DNA from: Marsupella aquatica
Lineage: Eukaryota; Plantae; Marchantiophyta
Length of the DNA: 64,000 bases
Direction of reading: 5' to 3'
Assembly (NCBI GenBank): GCA_973895155.1
Contig: OZ316891.1
Coordinates: 13,237,037 to 13,301,036 of the forward strand
This document shows positions 27,196-40,810 of this stretch, in pieces. Below the pieces are notes generated by a model. The model had not been told where the DNA came from. It saw nothing but the letters and a program-made list of their open reading frames with translations, and made no database searches. Positions within the stretch are counted from its first letter, which is position 1, and each line of letters opens with the position of its first letter. The position numbers were made by a program, and so were the translations under genes.

Positions 27196-30100
27196 CTAGG
27201 TGTCGAGAAAGCTTTGGATGATTGCAGTTACCGAAGAGTATGTGCCCGCAACGGCACATACGACGCCCAAGACGATAATCAACCCACATGTGATACGCTG
27301 CAGCAAACCCAAGGGATTGATCAGGGAAATTAATGCCTTGAAATTTATATACAGATGAACAACGCAGCTCTCTACCAAATACATTTGTTAATTCCACTGA
27401 AACTGTGATCGTTTGTAAATCTGTGTCCACCGCATCGGGCAGACCAGGGAAAGCACATGTGAGAAGTGCCTGTCCCTGCCACAACTTCACAATTTCCATA
27501 CACGGCGTTTCGAGCAAAGTACCAAACAAGCTGACGATAACAACACACATGGTTTCCGCTTCGATGATCTAGAAGTAGACGCACCTGAAAAGTTGTAGCT
27601 TTGTCGCCCACGATACTCAAAAAGCAGGCGCACGGTAGTATGACGGACTGTGCATCCAAAGCATCAAATGTCCGTTAGTGCACCGAAGCTTTCAGTAGCA
27701 AAGCCACACAATTTTGCAATCATGGAGCAAAAAGAAGCAATGTGCGGTAATCTTCTAGTTCAGCTACTGTTAACAATTTCACCATGAAATGTCAGTGACA
27801 GTCACTCCCACGATCAACTGACGCGTTTGCGAGCTCAATTTGTGGTAAATGTGGAGGTGAGGGTCCAAACGATTAGAAACATGTTTTAAAGATCATGCGA
27901 GGGAACGGTGGGAACAACTGAAACGATACACTGTTATCACCGAAAACTCAGAGAACACACTTCGTTCTTCGATGCGTAGAGGTCTTTGACATAATTTTAA
28001 ACTCAACTTGCACGGTGGAAACGTTTCTAGAAACTGTCAGTATGGTGGATTTGTAACAGTAAGCACGTAGAAACAGTTCTCTTCTGGTAATCGGTACTTA
28101 CCACAGCCATGCTCATGAATGCACCAATGAATGACATAACGAGACCTACGTACCACCAACGCGACAAGGTACAATTCACAGTTAACTACGGCAGAAAACC
28201 TCAAGCCAGCAGAAATCCACAGAAGACCATCGACAAGAGAAGAGTCAATCAGTGATAAGAAAAACAGAGATACCGGAGAAAGAGCCTACCGAAAAACGGT
28301 ACTAAAGTTGCCACCATGATTGTTGAAGCCACGAGAGCGGTTCTTATGGCTAAGGAGGTAGTGCGTCCTTTGAACGAGTCAGGATCGCTAGGGAGAAGCT
28401 CCTCCAAACAGAGAGCAACTGGAGTCATCGTTAACGCGAATGTGCATTACCTCTATTAGTCAAGGATAGGTAACCGGATAAAACCAGATAAACGAGCAAC
28501 TCGCACCCTTTCAAAGCAAACACATAAATGCTGGTTGCCGGTATAGAAATTAATGGAGGACTAAGGCTTCCCCATTGCCTGCTATAGCACAACAAACAAA
28601 GATCACTCGTGGGTCCGACATAGCAAACACGAATAAAAGGATATTTGGTGACAGGATTGATCACCTGTAAAACAAGAAAGATGCACAAGACGAGACAATT
28701 TTTTCAGGCATAGGTTGACAGAGTGGACTCCGCTTACACCGGCGACGGAAAAGCCAAGCGTAGTACGGGTACAGATGAAAGGAAGAGAAACCCACTTACA
28801 AAGGTAACTTGACAAGCCCTGCAAAGAATATCATAGGGGCATCACGAAAGACTTGTTGCCTACCAAGTGCTCGCAAATCGTGTTAAGAAGAAGCATTAGC
28901 TGAGATACGATTGTAACTTACTGTGGTCCAAACTGCTATTTTTGACGCGAGAAGATTGTTAGGCAGATTCAAGGTAATCGAAGATTGTATGTCCTTCCCG
29001 AACATCGTGTAGCCCATGATGGCTATGCCCCCGTATATGAGTGATACAATGAGAAAACTGCACGACGAACAATCAAGAAAACATAATTCGTCCTTGTCCG
29101 AGAGCATGGCCTCCATTTATCTCGACTCAAAAAATTGCTGAAAAACGAAATTGATCCGAACGTGTCTGCAATTGAAGGGGAAACCGAATGTAATGATGTT
29201 CCTGTCATTAACAGTAGTTTCGCACATACCTCACCTGCAACACCTTATTAAAGTCTGCAGGTTTCTTCATTGATGTATAGATGTTGGGAAAGACAGCATG
29301 TCCAGAGTAGCAGAATCCATAAAGTCCGACAGAAACTGGAAGTCCTGCAAGACTCAGAATAGAACCGCGTTGACTGAAACCCACACCATCTACAGCGCCA
29401 ACCCAAAACACCGCAAAAACCACCACCACGGTTGCGATCACCCCTCCAGCTGCACACGAGCCAATTGCCTAAGTAAGAGATCAGAGGAGTCCTGGAAAAC
29501 GAGTTACAAGCTAGCTGCAACTGATCCGAAGTCACACCTGCTCAAGCCATGAGAAACAAAGTGAGCGAAAGGAAGCTACCAAGAAGCTTCGTTCTTGCAA
29601 ACAGGATGTTCATCGAGTTATTCAATGGCATGCTCAAATAAATCGCCAGCACAATCGTTGTACTAGATTGAAGTGTTTTACAAAGCAGATCTAGCATTCA
29701 AGGGTAAGAATTGCACCTGACAAATACGACAGTAAACTAAGGTCCCGCAGCCACACCGTGGGCAGAATAATTAAAGCTGCTACGAGGCAGAAAAAAGAAG
29801 TTGCATCCATATGCACTCCAGCAATGTTCAAGCTTACTCCAGGGAACAAAGCTGCCAGATTGTCTCCTTCCAAGATGAGAAACTCCACACAGCATGCCTG
29901 AACTTCCCAGAAAGTCACCAAAGTGGTAAGAACGCAACGCATCGATATTCTAGAAAGGCATTTAAACGACAAAATGAATATCTCTCATGATAAATATGCA
30001 CAGAGGATATGGACCTTACATAGAGTTCGACATATAGGATGATCTGCGCACCAAACGGGAAACCACGAGGAAACCATTAGTGTCGCATGGGCCAAATGCT

Positions 30101-32962
30101 TAAAGGTGAGTTTAGCGACGATATACTCCGCTCCGAATGCAAAGCGGAGAACCAAACAAGGTTTTCTGCTGTACTTTCATAAGGTCCCCAAATTGGAACT
30201 AGTTCGAGAGAGTACTAAAATTATTTCGACACGCTTCAGAGCATCCTCAAAACTTTGATCGACGACAACCTATTGAATACTTCGACAAAATCTATTAGAA
30301 ACAAATTCAAATTAAATAGAACAAGATTCGACGGCTTCCAGTGACTCTGCGAACTATACTCTTTCTAGAAGACATCCATAAATGTTTCCTCCCAGGAACA
30401 TCTGACAGAATTCCTTTATAATCAAACAGGGTAGTTCCCACAACAGTGGAAGGCGAAACATTTGGGGGGAGGGGGCCCATTGCCAATCCAGTTGCGAAGT
30501 AAAATATGGTCATTTGACGGCTAATACTCACAGATATAATCAGACGCCCGGTATGGCCAAATGCCGCCTCCCCAATATCTGGATATGTTCCAGCGCCAGG
30601 CTGGCTATCCAAGCATTCTCGTAATAAAATGCCCGTATAGCAACAGATGAGCGCAAGTAAAAACAACAGAGACAGTCCAAGATATCCACCCTCCTTGAGA
30701 GCGTAGGGAGTAGAGAGAACACCAACTCCAGCCAGCACATTTAATCCTACACACAGTTCGAATCCAATACGCGCATCAATCAATAAACTGTACCGCCAGC
30801 TGGGAGATGTCTAAAGCAATTTCTTAGGACGGGACAAATGCACGTGAGCGAAGACAGCAATTTGTTTTGGAAAAAAAAAGTGATTCACAAATTTCTAGCA
30901 CAAAACGGACTGGAGTAAATTCAGCAACGAAAACTGAGTAATGAGATGAATATTTGACAATGGATGTCACATCAGCTATTTCTAGGATTGTGATGAAAAG
31001 AACATACAGCGAAAACTGGAACATGAAACATAAGCACCATACCATTCATCAAAGCCTGCACGAAAGTGCTTCCTTGCTCTTCCCTCAGTTTATCAATGTC
31101 TACAACCTTCGAGGGTACGAATGTATGGTCCACATCATCGGGATGATCTTTAGGTTCAGTAGGTGTTTTGCCCGGCACAGATTGGTGGCCCTCTTCGTTT
31201 TTAGTAAGCAGCAAAGCGCTCTGAAGGTCATCACGACTGCCAAGCGTGCTTGATTTTTTTATAGATGAGGACATATAAGAGTTGCTGATGCGGGCAATCG
31301 GGCTAAACAGAGTAAAGCTGGCCCTATCACCAGACGACGCTGGGAAAATTTGATGATAATCCATCGATGCCCTGCCAGACGACCAGTGATGACAACGTTA
31401 GAAATTCATCCTAAGGGGAGGGGAGGAAGTCTCATGAGGGTTGGAGGCACAGACAGATGTCGACGATTAGAACATCTGCGAGAGATAATTTAGGCAGTCA
31501 GTACACAGGCGGCACGAAAAAGCCGGAAGAATGCGACAAACTAGCTGTGAAAAAGTAAGAAATCCTCGCATTTCATACCCGCCTCACACGCAGGTTTATA
31601 AGTTGAAGAATGAGAGTGAAAAAGAAAAAGCACTGAAACCACGTACTGGAGATTGCTCTGATGTTCTCGCAGAATTTGTGAAGTTGAAGGGTGAAAAGGA
31701 AGAAGCAGTGATTCTAAACTCGTCGAAGACATTGGAAGATTGAAGGACCAGATGGTCGGCACAAGCACTCCTGAATCCTCGACCCTTAGTGAGGAAGTTG
31801 AGAGGTAGAAGATTTTATTTCTTTTAAAGCAATGAGAATGAGACAAACAAGCGCCTCTAGTCCCCCTGAAGAGTTGGATTCAAGGGAAGTAAAGAAGAAA
31901 GTGTAAATTTTGGGAAGTACATTATTTGAATATCAAGGATGATAAATGGGCAAATCAAAGGAGAGAACAAAGAGACATTTAATACTCAGGCCTAAGTTTG
32001 AGGAGTTGTCGTCAGAGATGAATGCAGGAAGAGTGAAGGCAGACCATTACTCAAGCCGTTTGAATTAATTTGAAAAACTACGGGGAGAGTAATAAGCAAC
32101 TAACTACGCCTGGACCTTGAATTGCAGAACTGGAAATGGGAACAACAGCATATTATTCCAGCCTGCTAGGGAAATTGCGACATACGAGGGAGAAAGCGGG
32201 AATATAAATTTATAGTGAATTCCCACACAAAAGCTTGTGAGGGAATTCGTGCAAGGAAAGAAAAAATAGGGCAGTATGAAATCTTTCTCCAAGACAAAGA
32301 GAATGACAGATCCGTCAGATCAAGAATGTCCCAACACATTTCAATCGAAATCCGACGTTAAAGTTCTTTCATGTTCGAGTCTTGTTATCAATTCACTGAG
32401 ACGTTCTACGTCCATGTGAACACAACATGATCCGAAACAGATTTTCAAGCTACATCATCAACCTGCGCGGCACCTGTCCAGAATTTAATGTTCTATTGGG
32501 GACATATGAAAGCATTTGAACCAAAACGGTCCATAACTGCGTTGCTTCATATCCGTGACTCATGAGCAAGTATATTATAAACCAAGCAATACAAAATATG
32601 GCGAATTAGCAAACAGCGTAAGAGAATGCAAGAGCTCATGTCACGACTTGGGAATTCATCATAGCAAGACAACAATCAGTGGCAGCCTTTCAACTCATAA
32701 AGAAGAGAAAGGCCGGAATTACTTACTTATAGCTTTGCGGCCAGCTTGGCGTGCCAGCGAATGAGGCATCGGAGGCAGTACGGCGGCGACCACGGCCAGA
32801 GGTTGAGACATGCTCATCTTCCATCAACCGTTCCTCCTCATTCCCATGACCATCTTCCTCATCCTTCTCGACATCCGTATCATCGTCGCTTCTTTGGTCA
32901 TATTCTTCAGCATACTCAACATCTCTGGAGTGACGGCGAGATTTAGACGACGGAATGTTCAT
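27196..32962 (-). CDS. AVT1: AVT1-type (Aa_trans/AAAP family) vacuolar amino acid transporter, ~573 aa
   Basis: Exons 32962-32727, 31371-31043, 30746-30532, 30043-30020, 29897-29717, 29449-29230, 29057-28922, 28664-28645, 28441-28290, 28145-28102, 27647-27585, 27297-27196 (1722 nt, in frame). Motifs: acidic N-terminus, WPQSY, NGLNVLAGVGVLSTPYALKEGG, TYPDIGEAAFG, GFCYSGHAVFPNIYTSM, INPVTKFALTMTP, ILPCACFLSI. Confidence 0.95.
28442..28644 (-). other. U12-type (minor spliceosome) AT-AC intron, 203 nt
   Basis: 5' splice site ATATCCTTTT, branch site TCCTTGAC (28466-28459), 3' end GCAC. Removing it restores VINPVTK/FALTMTP in frame. Confidence 0.93.
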
Positions 32963-34603
32963 CTTCGAAGCTGTTGTTCCCTCGACGTCGGTCCGCCAAT
33001 CCACGACAACGCAGACCAAAACTCAGCTCTTTCCACTGCTGAGGAACACCTGTGGAGCCAAACCCACGCTGCACTTCAAAACCTGACGGAGCACTTGCGA
33101 GAGAGAACGAGAGAGAGAGATAACATTAAAACGGCACCCGTCTGGCTTACAGGAAAGTGTTTGTTTAGGTCGTGTCCTCTATCGATTTGTCATGTTAAGA
33201 CCAGTTTAGCGATTACAGAGACCAATCAATTGATCATTTGACACTTCTTGGACGTAGATGGAATCATATGACATTTTAGATACATGTACACATGAAGTAG
33301 CTAGAAAAAATCATGTAGAATTGAAGTCAAGCTCTGGATTCTGAAATCATACTCGTCAAAAGTTTTGATGATTCAAGTTCGTAGAAAAGTCTTCCCTGAC
33401 CACATTTTGTGCAGGTCGGTCGAACAGTGTCTAACCCTCTACTAATCGACTCACAAAATCAGACATTTCGTCACCCGCAGCTTCGTAGTGGGTAATTACA
33501 TCCCGTTACCTGCCATACAGCAAACACAAAATTTAGATCATGTGCACTGGAACTGCTGGGTCAGGTTAGGGAAGGGCACTTCCTGCCCAGCTTGGACAAA
33601 GTACCAAACTTCCTACTGCAACTACTAACAGAATACAAAGGAAATGCCATATAACCTCATTTGTCAATTGTCGTGTCAACTTTAGAAAGCATTCTTCGCA
33701 AACCCTTCGCGTAATCTTGCAGTCCAACAAACGATAGTCTGCGACTCCAAGATCTGTGCAAGTTTTAATTGATACCGTTCTACATATTTATTGATGAGGA
33801 GTCACAGGCGGGGTAGTGTTTCTAAGTCAAGCTGTAAGCATACGGCTTCTACGATACGAGTCAGAGCATGCAAAAAACTGGCAATTCCGCCGCCTGAATG
33901 TATAATCATCAGTCTAATTCAATTGTGCTGGCTGTTTCATTTCGCCCTCGTCCAATGACGTGTGCCATTAAACCTGTTGAAGACGCAGTACCTCATCACC
34001 GGTGGCTTCGCTGTGACAGCTCCATTATCCGGTAAATGTGACTTCAGACAGTCAAATCACTTTCGCCGATCACGGCCCCCGAGCTGCTCCGGCTCCGGCT
34101 CCGCTTCAGCTTCCGTCTTCCGGATAGAGTTCAGTTTCCTTCCAGCATCAGGAAGGCCTCCATCGCTTTCCAGCACCGAAACCGAAGAATGTCTGCTTCT
34201 TATCCACCCGGCTTCCACAGCCTCTCCTTCGCATCCAACACTCGCAAATCGAGATTGGCAACCACTGGAGTGAGAAGCCGGATCGGATAGGCGTTCCATT
34301 GCCCGAGAAGGCAAAATAAGTTATGCGAGGATTGCAATCTGGGCGGGGCGGTCTGATTGCTAAGGAATATCACTTTCTGTTATCACTACTGGTGACAGGC
34401 CTATGCCATTACTCGTGGCCTATTCAGCGCTCTTGTCACTCACTCTGCTGCCTGATGCCTATTTGCCTATTTCCGTCGACGAGCTGTTCGGGCACGGGGA
34501 CTTTGTCTGCTCCCTCGTTTGTTTGTTTGTTTGTTTGTTACTCATTCCGCCGGACATCGCTCACGTTGTTGCGGTGCTTTGCATCCCTTTTCCTCACCTC
34601 GCT

Positions 34604-34606
<3 letters not shown>

Positions 34607-34641
<35 letters not shown>
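34607..34641. repeat. (CT)17 microsatellite upstream of the transporter gene
   Basis: Uninterrupted CT run. Confidence 0.95.
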
Positions 34642-34644
<3 letters not shown>

Positions 34645-34856
34645 TGCCTGCCTGTACCTTTTCTGTATCGTGGCGCTGTACCGTGTGTCCCTTGCGAGCA
34701 TTTGGAGTCCCGATTCATGCACTCGTTCCTCCGCTCATGCTATACCCACTTTACAGCATCCACTGTACGCTGTAATTGTTTATCATTTTGTTACCCTGCC
34801 ATCTATCAGTGGATCTCATCTAACTTTTCCCCTCCGTTCTCCCCCATTGGGCTGCT

Positions 34857-34992
34857 TTGCTACTGGGTTCCTGTCTCCTCGTGCGGCATTTTTGTCCTTT
34901 TGGCACTCTGGGCATATATATATATATATGAGAGTGCCCAGAGTGCCAAAAGGGCAAAAATGCCGCACGAGGAGACAGGAACCCAATAGCAA
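34857..34992. repeat. Near-perfect inverted repeat (58-bp arms, 20-nt TA-rich loop)
   Basis: 34857-34914 matches the reverse complement of 34935-34992 at 56 of 58 positions. Confidence 0.95.
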
Positions 34993-35701
34993 TATATATA
35001 TTATATATAAAGCCCAATCAAAAACTACTCCTCGGCCCTACCATTTATGAGTATAAAGCGCAATCAAAACCTAGCCTAGAGTGAAGCATAATTGAGAGCC
35101 AGGGTGCAAATAAAAACAGACGGGGGAAAGATGAATATGAAATAACAAAGAATCCTTTGCATTGTAAGGTTGTTTTTCCTCATCCTCATCCCTACTTATG
35201 TTGAAGGAATGGGTAATCAAGTTAGTCATGGTAATTAAAAGCTAAAATCTAGAGCAAAGCCCTTAGGTCATGACTCTAAAGACATAAGTGTAAGGGGGGT
35301 GAAAGTAGAAAAGAGGAATGGGAGCAAAGATGAAGGGAAACAATAAGTAATTTTTTTCCGAGGTACTGTCACCTCTATTCTATGCTCAGAATGGGTAATC
35401 AGGCTAGTTTACCTAATTATATAATCTCTATCTAAAGTGCCTAGGGTGAACCTTGACTTTGGAGGCGTAGCTGAAGGTAGGGGAAAACTACAGGGATACA
35501 CTTTTCAGTAATTATTTATCATTTGTTATCTTGCCATGTATGTATCAATATAATGTATCTATCTAACTATATCATTGCGATCTAAAGCTATCTACAGTAG
35601 GGCCTACCATGGAGTCACAGTAGGTCTCTAGACTCTAACTTTTGGGGGGTAGCTGAAGTTGGGGGTGTGTGGGAACAGGGATTGGGGGGAACAACTTTTT
35701 A

Positions 35702-36161
35702 TTAGGTTGACCCGCAAATTGAGTGTTATTAGAGATGACGCTGAACTATTTCTATAAGTATCCTGCCGCCCAAATACTATACAAGTCTAAGAAACCCATA
35801 TTCATGTGCACGAAAGCGCCTGATTGGTCCTCCGTCAACACAGCTTAGTTAGCCTAACCCACCCTGCTCCCCTCTGATTGCCCCCACTTGCGGATCACCC
35901 ATGAACACTTGCACAATTCCTCCCCAGCATGCAGCATCCTGCTGGCTTGTCATTCTTTCAAAAAAATGTCAAGAAAGTGACATGTTGCTGTCCTTGGGAC
36001 ACTCAAATGGCACTCTGCATGCATACCTCAGTCAATCGCTGGGGCTTCAGGCTCTTGTGGGTTACTTAGACTTTTATAATATTTTGGGGGGTAGTATAGT
36101 AATAAACACACTCAGTAGGGGGTCAGGTCTGCAATAACACTTAGTTTGGGGGTTAACCTAG
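35702..36161. mobile_element. MITE with ~100 bp degenerate TIRs
   Basis: TAGGTTGACCCGCAAATTGAGTGTTATT...AAGTCTAAGAAACCCA matches the reverse complement of the right end, TAGGTTAACCCCCAAACTAAGTGTTATT...AAGTCTAAGTAACCCA. TA lies on both flanks. Confidence 0.7.
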
Positions 36162-37294
36162 TAAAAAGGTGAAAAATGATTGGAAAACATTTGGACATGA
36201 ATCAGTGAACATGTGAACTGGCAAGAATATGAACCAACATGTAGGGGATGATTGTATGTTTCCACATTCAAGGCCATTTTTGTCCTCATGAGATTATAGT
36301 TCAAAGAAAAGGCAGTCAAATTAGTCTGAGGACCCCTTGGTTATGTAAGCTTCTTTTATTGAATATTTGTAGCCATGAAGAGTTGCACATTGGAAATAGA
36401 TAGATGAGAGGACAAAGATTAAATGGAGTATTCTAGATGAAGTGAAATAAGGTAGTTGGGACAATTGCATTGAAGACAAATAGGAGTACATTCATGGTAA
36501 TACCAAGGGTAATCTCCATTCAAGCAAAATGTTTCCCTTAGTACCTTTATGTCTATGCAATACATGTAACATTTCATATAGTAACATTCAAAATATTACT
36601 TTGTCCATAGTAATTGAAAGTTCTTAGAGTCCCTTGGTATCCTCTATCCATAGTAGTTATGGTGTTTCTTATCTTTGCTTGTTATTCCTCTATCCATAGT
36701 AACTCTCAAAGGGTTTTTTAAGTGTCCTTGGTAAGTTAGAGAAGTTGAAAAGTTTATTGGGTTTCTTATGTTACCTTGGTAAATGTTAGAGTAGTTGAAG
36801 AGTTTGTTTCTACTTGTCATTATTTCAAAAATATGTAAATTAAATAGAAAATTGAAACAGATTACCAGAAAACACTGATATATCAATCATAACTCATCCA
36901 AAGATTGTTTTCTTTCACCCCCTATTTTACCATTTTTTTTGTTTACTTGAAATGTTACTTTTCAATTTTTGATTGTTTTTACAATTACAAGGTCTATCTG
37001 TTTTTCTTTGTCTTGCCTCAAACACTAATAATCAAACTTGGTTCTTCTTGCATAATGAACAGTTCTTGTTTGTGACATCTCATGCTAATGTGGCTGCATG
37101 TGCATCAATGAATTATGGAAGGAACTTCCCATGGGGGTCTGTAACTATATTTCCTTCTATAAGTCACAGGAATTGCATTAATGTTGTCTGTTATGCAAGC
37201 GGTGGCTGCAGGTAACCGGTCAGTGCAGGTTTGATGCCCGCAGAATGAAACTAGATATGTAGAAAGTACCATTACAACTATCATCCAGCAGACC

Positions 37295-37455
37295 AGGGCT
37301 GGCGGTAGAGTGTAAGAGTGGGGTGGGAGAGGTCCCCGGTTCAAACCTTGTCTGCATTGTCACCCTCTTCAACACACAACCCCCCAAAAAGTGGGGTTTA
37401 GAAGTCTCTAGTGACATTCAGCCCTTTTAACACACATCCCCCCAAAAGTGGGTTT
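37295..37455 (+). mobile_element. tRNA-derived SINE-like element with duplicated tail
   Basis: B-box GGTTCAAACC at 37338-37347. The tail AACACACA.CCCCC(C)AAAA(A)GTGGG...CTCTAGTG is present twice. Confidence 0.6.
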
Positions 37456-39727
37456 CAAATGCCTCTAGTGTCACTTGGAAAACAATTTTATTTCCACCGG
37501 CAGCATTATTGCTAGAGGGTACCGGCTGTACCTGTTTCCGGTCAATGTTCACTTAGCTATAGGACACCATTAATTGCTAAATTCATGACTCCTAGAAGTG
37601 AATCAAACTACTCTATCTGCCCAAATTGGGTTTGAAAGCCAAAGCCTACAGTCTAGATGTTAGCCTCTAGACCATGACTCTAGGGCAGAGCTATAGTTGG
37701 GGGCGATACTGGAAACTGGCACAGGGTTCTTACCAGCTGTTTATGAGCAAAGCTTGAGCAGTGAGGGTAGTGGTTTACCATTGCCCCTTGAAGCTATGGG
37801 AGGAAAAAATAGTCACTTTTTGTTCACTATTGTAAACTAATAATAACATGACCCCGAACTTGACTAGTTAGGGTAACATGGATCCACTGGGTTTTGCTTG
37901 CTTTGGGGAACAGTGGCAATTTAAGAAAATAACCTGAATACTCAAATTCATTTTTAAGTACTCTATTCTGGGAAGGGAATGGAATTACTAACTTGTTTGC
38001 AAAACTAATTTAATTCAGGTTGCCCTCCCTGGTGCCCTTTGTTTTGTATACAGGTTGACTTGACTGGACTATAGTATATTAACCTGAGATGATATTCATG
38101 CAATTGGTTCATGGACACATGGAAGCTCATGAATCGCCCCTGTGAACCCCTCCTACCATACCCTCAATATCCTGAACCAAGTTCCCCCATCCACCACACA
38201 CCCTAATGCAGGTGTTGACTGTTGTCTATGAGCATAACTAATTGTTAAAAATTGACTCTAGTTCTTGATAATAGTTAATTTAGTCTTACTAGGGTTAGTT
38301 AAACCTTGATCAATAGTTTAGAATAAGATCCACTATTTAGGCCCACACATCTTAGTCCACCTTGTGGCGTACAGGCTAGAGGGAGGGCATTCCTTTTCTA
38401 AGTCTTAAACATGTACTCTATCATCGATCATGCTTTTAATGGATCCTTCAAGAGTTTCTCCATTGTGGTGTCTTGACGATGTACTAGTGGTTAAGATTGA
38501 GTGTGCTAGCTTTCGTGTTATGATTATGTGCTGCCTAGTCAATCCGTCGGGTTTCTTACACTATTGCGTATGGGAACCCAATTGTTTTCCCCCTTTACAT
38601 TGGAGGGGGTTAGCTTGGACAAATTATGAGCCTTGTGTCCCCATACCAGTTACATGTAATCTAAGTTATCTAGTCTGGTTAAGTCAACTCACATACAAAA
38701 TGGAAGACCAATGGAAGGTCAGCTTATCACTTATTACTTTTGGGGCAGGTTAGTAATTTTGACTAGTTAAAGAGACAAGGAAGTAAGACATAGATACCCC
38801 GAAAGAGTGAGTGTGCATGGGAGGGGCTCTCATAGGGGCTCCTTGTACCCAGAATCCCATGGCAATCCTTGCTTACAAGTATAGTAATAAAAACTAAAAA
38901 AAGTGTTGTTGCTGGAGAAACTACTGCCTATGGCTTCACTCTATGGAGTAGGTCATGAAAATAGACTTTGCTTGCAAATGATGGTACGTGTACCTGGTAA
39001 TTGTTTGTGATTTGTTACCTTGCCATGGTTTTAAGCAAAACTGCTACCTTGGGTGGCTTTACAAGAAATGGGGGCCCATGTGACTTCTGGAAATCTTTCA
39101 ACCTCGTAAATTCTAGACAAAACAGCCACTTCACAATAGCCTTTAATTGGGCCCACTGCTTGCCATATGCATGTAGGGTTGGTAGACACCATACCTGAAT
39201 ATACATAAAATACTACAAAGAATAAAAGGGGCATACCAGGAGCCAGGATACCGAAAGCAAGAAAAGAGAGGGGGAGGGGAGCCAAAGGAAAATGAACTCA
39301 TAGAATGAATGATTAAATATTCTTAAGCTACTTTACTTTGTTTTGGGGGATCCTCAACTATTTTGCTGATTTATCTAGATACATAGTCCCTAGAAGCTTT
39401 TATTACCATTTCGTAAGAGTTGCTTAAAGTTGGAAATCAACTCTAATTAGCACCAACTATAATTTTTTTGCAGTAGTTGCCTTACAAATTCACAATGCCA
39501 AAACTATATGGGAAGGAACCAAAACATGGAGGAGGCACAAAGGAACTCTGAAACGAAAAGGGATCTACTATTTTAACAACAAATCCTGCCAGTTTTGTCC
39601 ATAGTTGGTTACAAAAAGTTCAAATAGGAGGGAACAATGCTCTGCTGTCAGATATTGTATGGAATTGTTTAAGGCTCTTGCATCGAGTGAGATGGTTGCC
39701 TAAAGATTGGTTCTAAGTTATACTACA

Positions 39728-40810
39728 CTAGCCCCATGCCTGTGCATTGCACAAAAGATATCAAGGTGAGGAAAAGATCTTGAAGTGAAAAAAGTTGTCA
39801 AGGTGAGAACGGGGGTGAGAAAAAGAAGTCAAGTGAAAAAATATGGTGAGGAGAGAAAAGATGGTAAGGTGAGAAAAATATGTTGAGGTGAGGAAAAGAT
39901 GTTGAGGAGAGAAAAAGACATTGTGGTGAGATAAAGATGTCAAGATGAAAAAAACACTGATTAACTCCCAGCAAGCACCAGTTGCAGATTTTTTCTTAAC
40001 TCTTACCCCTGGGTTTAGTGTATGAGACCATGGCAACCAAACACTAGTGTGTTTGACTATTGTCTTCCCCTTCTTTCTGATGGGTTCTGATAAAAACTCA
40101 AGGTGAGAGAAGATGTCAAGGCTGGAGAGAAAATGATGTAGAGGAATGGAAAAGAAGTCAAGGTCAGAAAAGATATGGAGGAGAGAGAACATGTCAAGCT
40201 AAGAAAAGGATGCCGAGTTGAGGAATTGATGTCAAGGTGAGAAAATGATGTTGAGGTTAGGGAAAGATGTCGAGGGGAGAAAATATGTCATGGTGGGATA
40301 AAGATATCAAGGTGACAAAAAGATGGTGAGGTGAGAAAAACATAAAATGTCAAGGTGCGAAAAGATATTGGGGAGATAAAATGATGTTGAATTTAGGAAA
40401 AGATGTAAGGAGAGAAAAAATGTCATGGTGGGGTAAAGATATCAAGGGGTGAAAAAGATAGCAAGATGAGAAAAATATGTCAAGGGAAGAAAAAATGTCA
40501 GGGCAAGGCAAGAAAAAATAGGCTTTGCAATATAATTATTGAGACATGTTAAGCGTGATCATGACCATACAATTGTTGTGGTTGTGTTAAATACTTGTGT
40601 GTTGCACATAAGATGTTGCAAAGGGGATGTCGTTGCATAAAAGATGTGCGCATTAAAAATTTATTGTTGCAAAAGTGATAAAGAAGAACATGAGATAGGT
40701 GATCTCAACCCAGACAGGTGCATTCACACAATGCTAGGTGAAGGGTGACATCCCCCTCCTCCTCATGGCCTCCTCTCACCCTTTCTCTTGGGCTGCCTCT
40801 CACCTTCCCC
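39728..40810 (-). mobile_element. Helitron-like minisatellite element
   Basis: A|CTAGCCCCATGCCTGTGCATTGCAC, then the AAGATGTCAAGGTGAG array, interrupted by unrelated sequence at ~39955-40095. Confidence 0.7.

Noticed and set aside
34323-35050. 150-215 aa ORFs on the plus strand
   Set aside because: They run through the (CT)n and (TA)n tracts and the inverted repeat, and are low-complexity chance ORFs.
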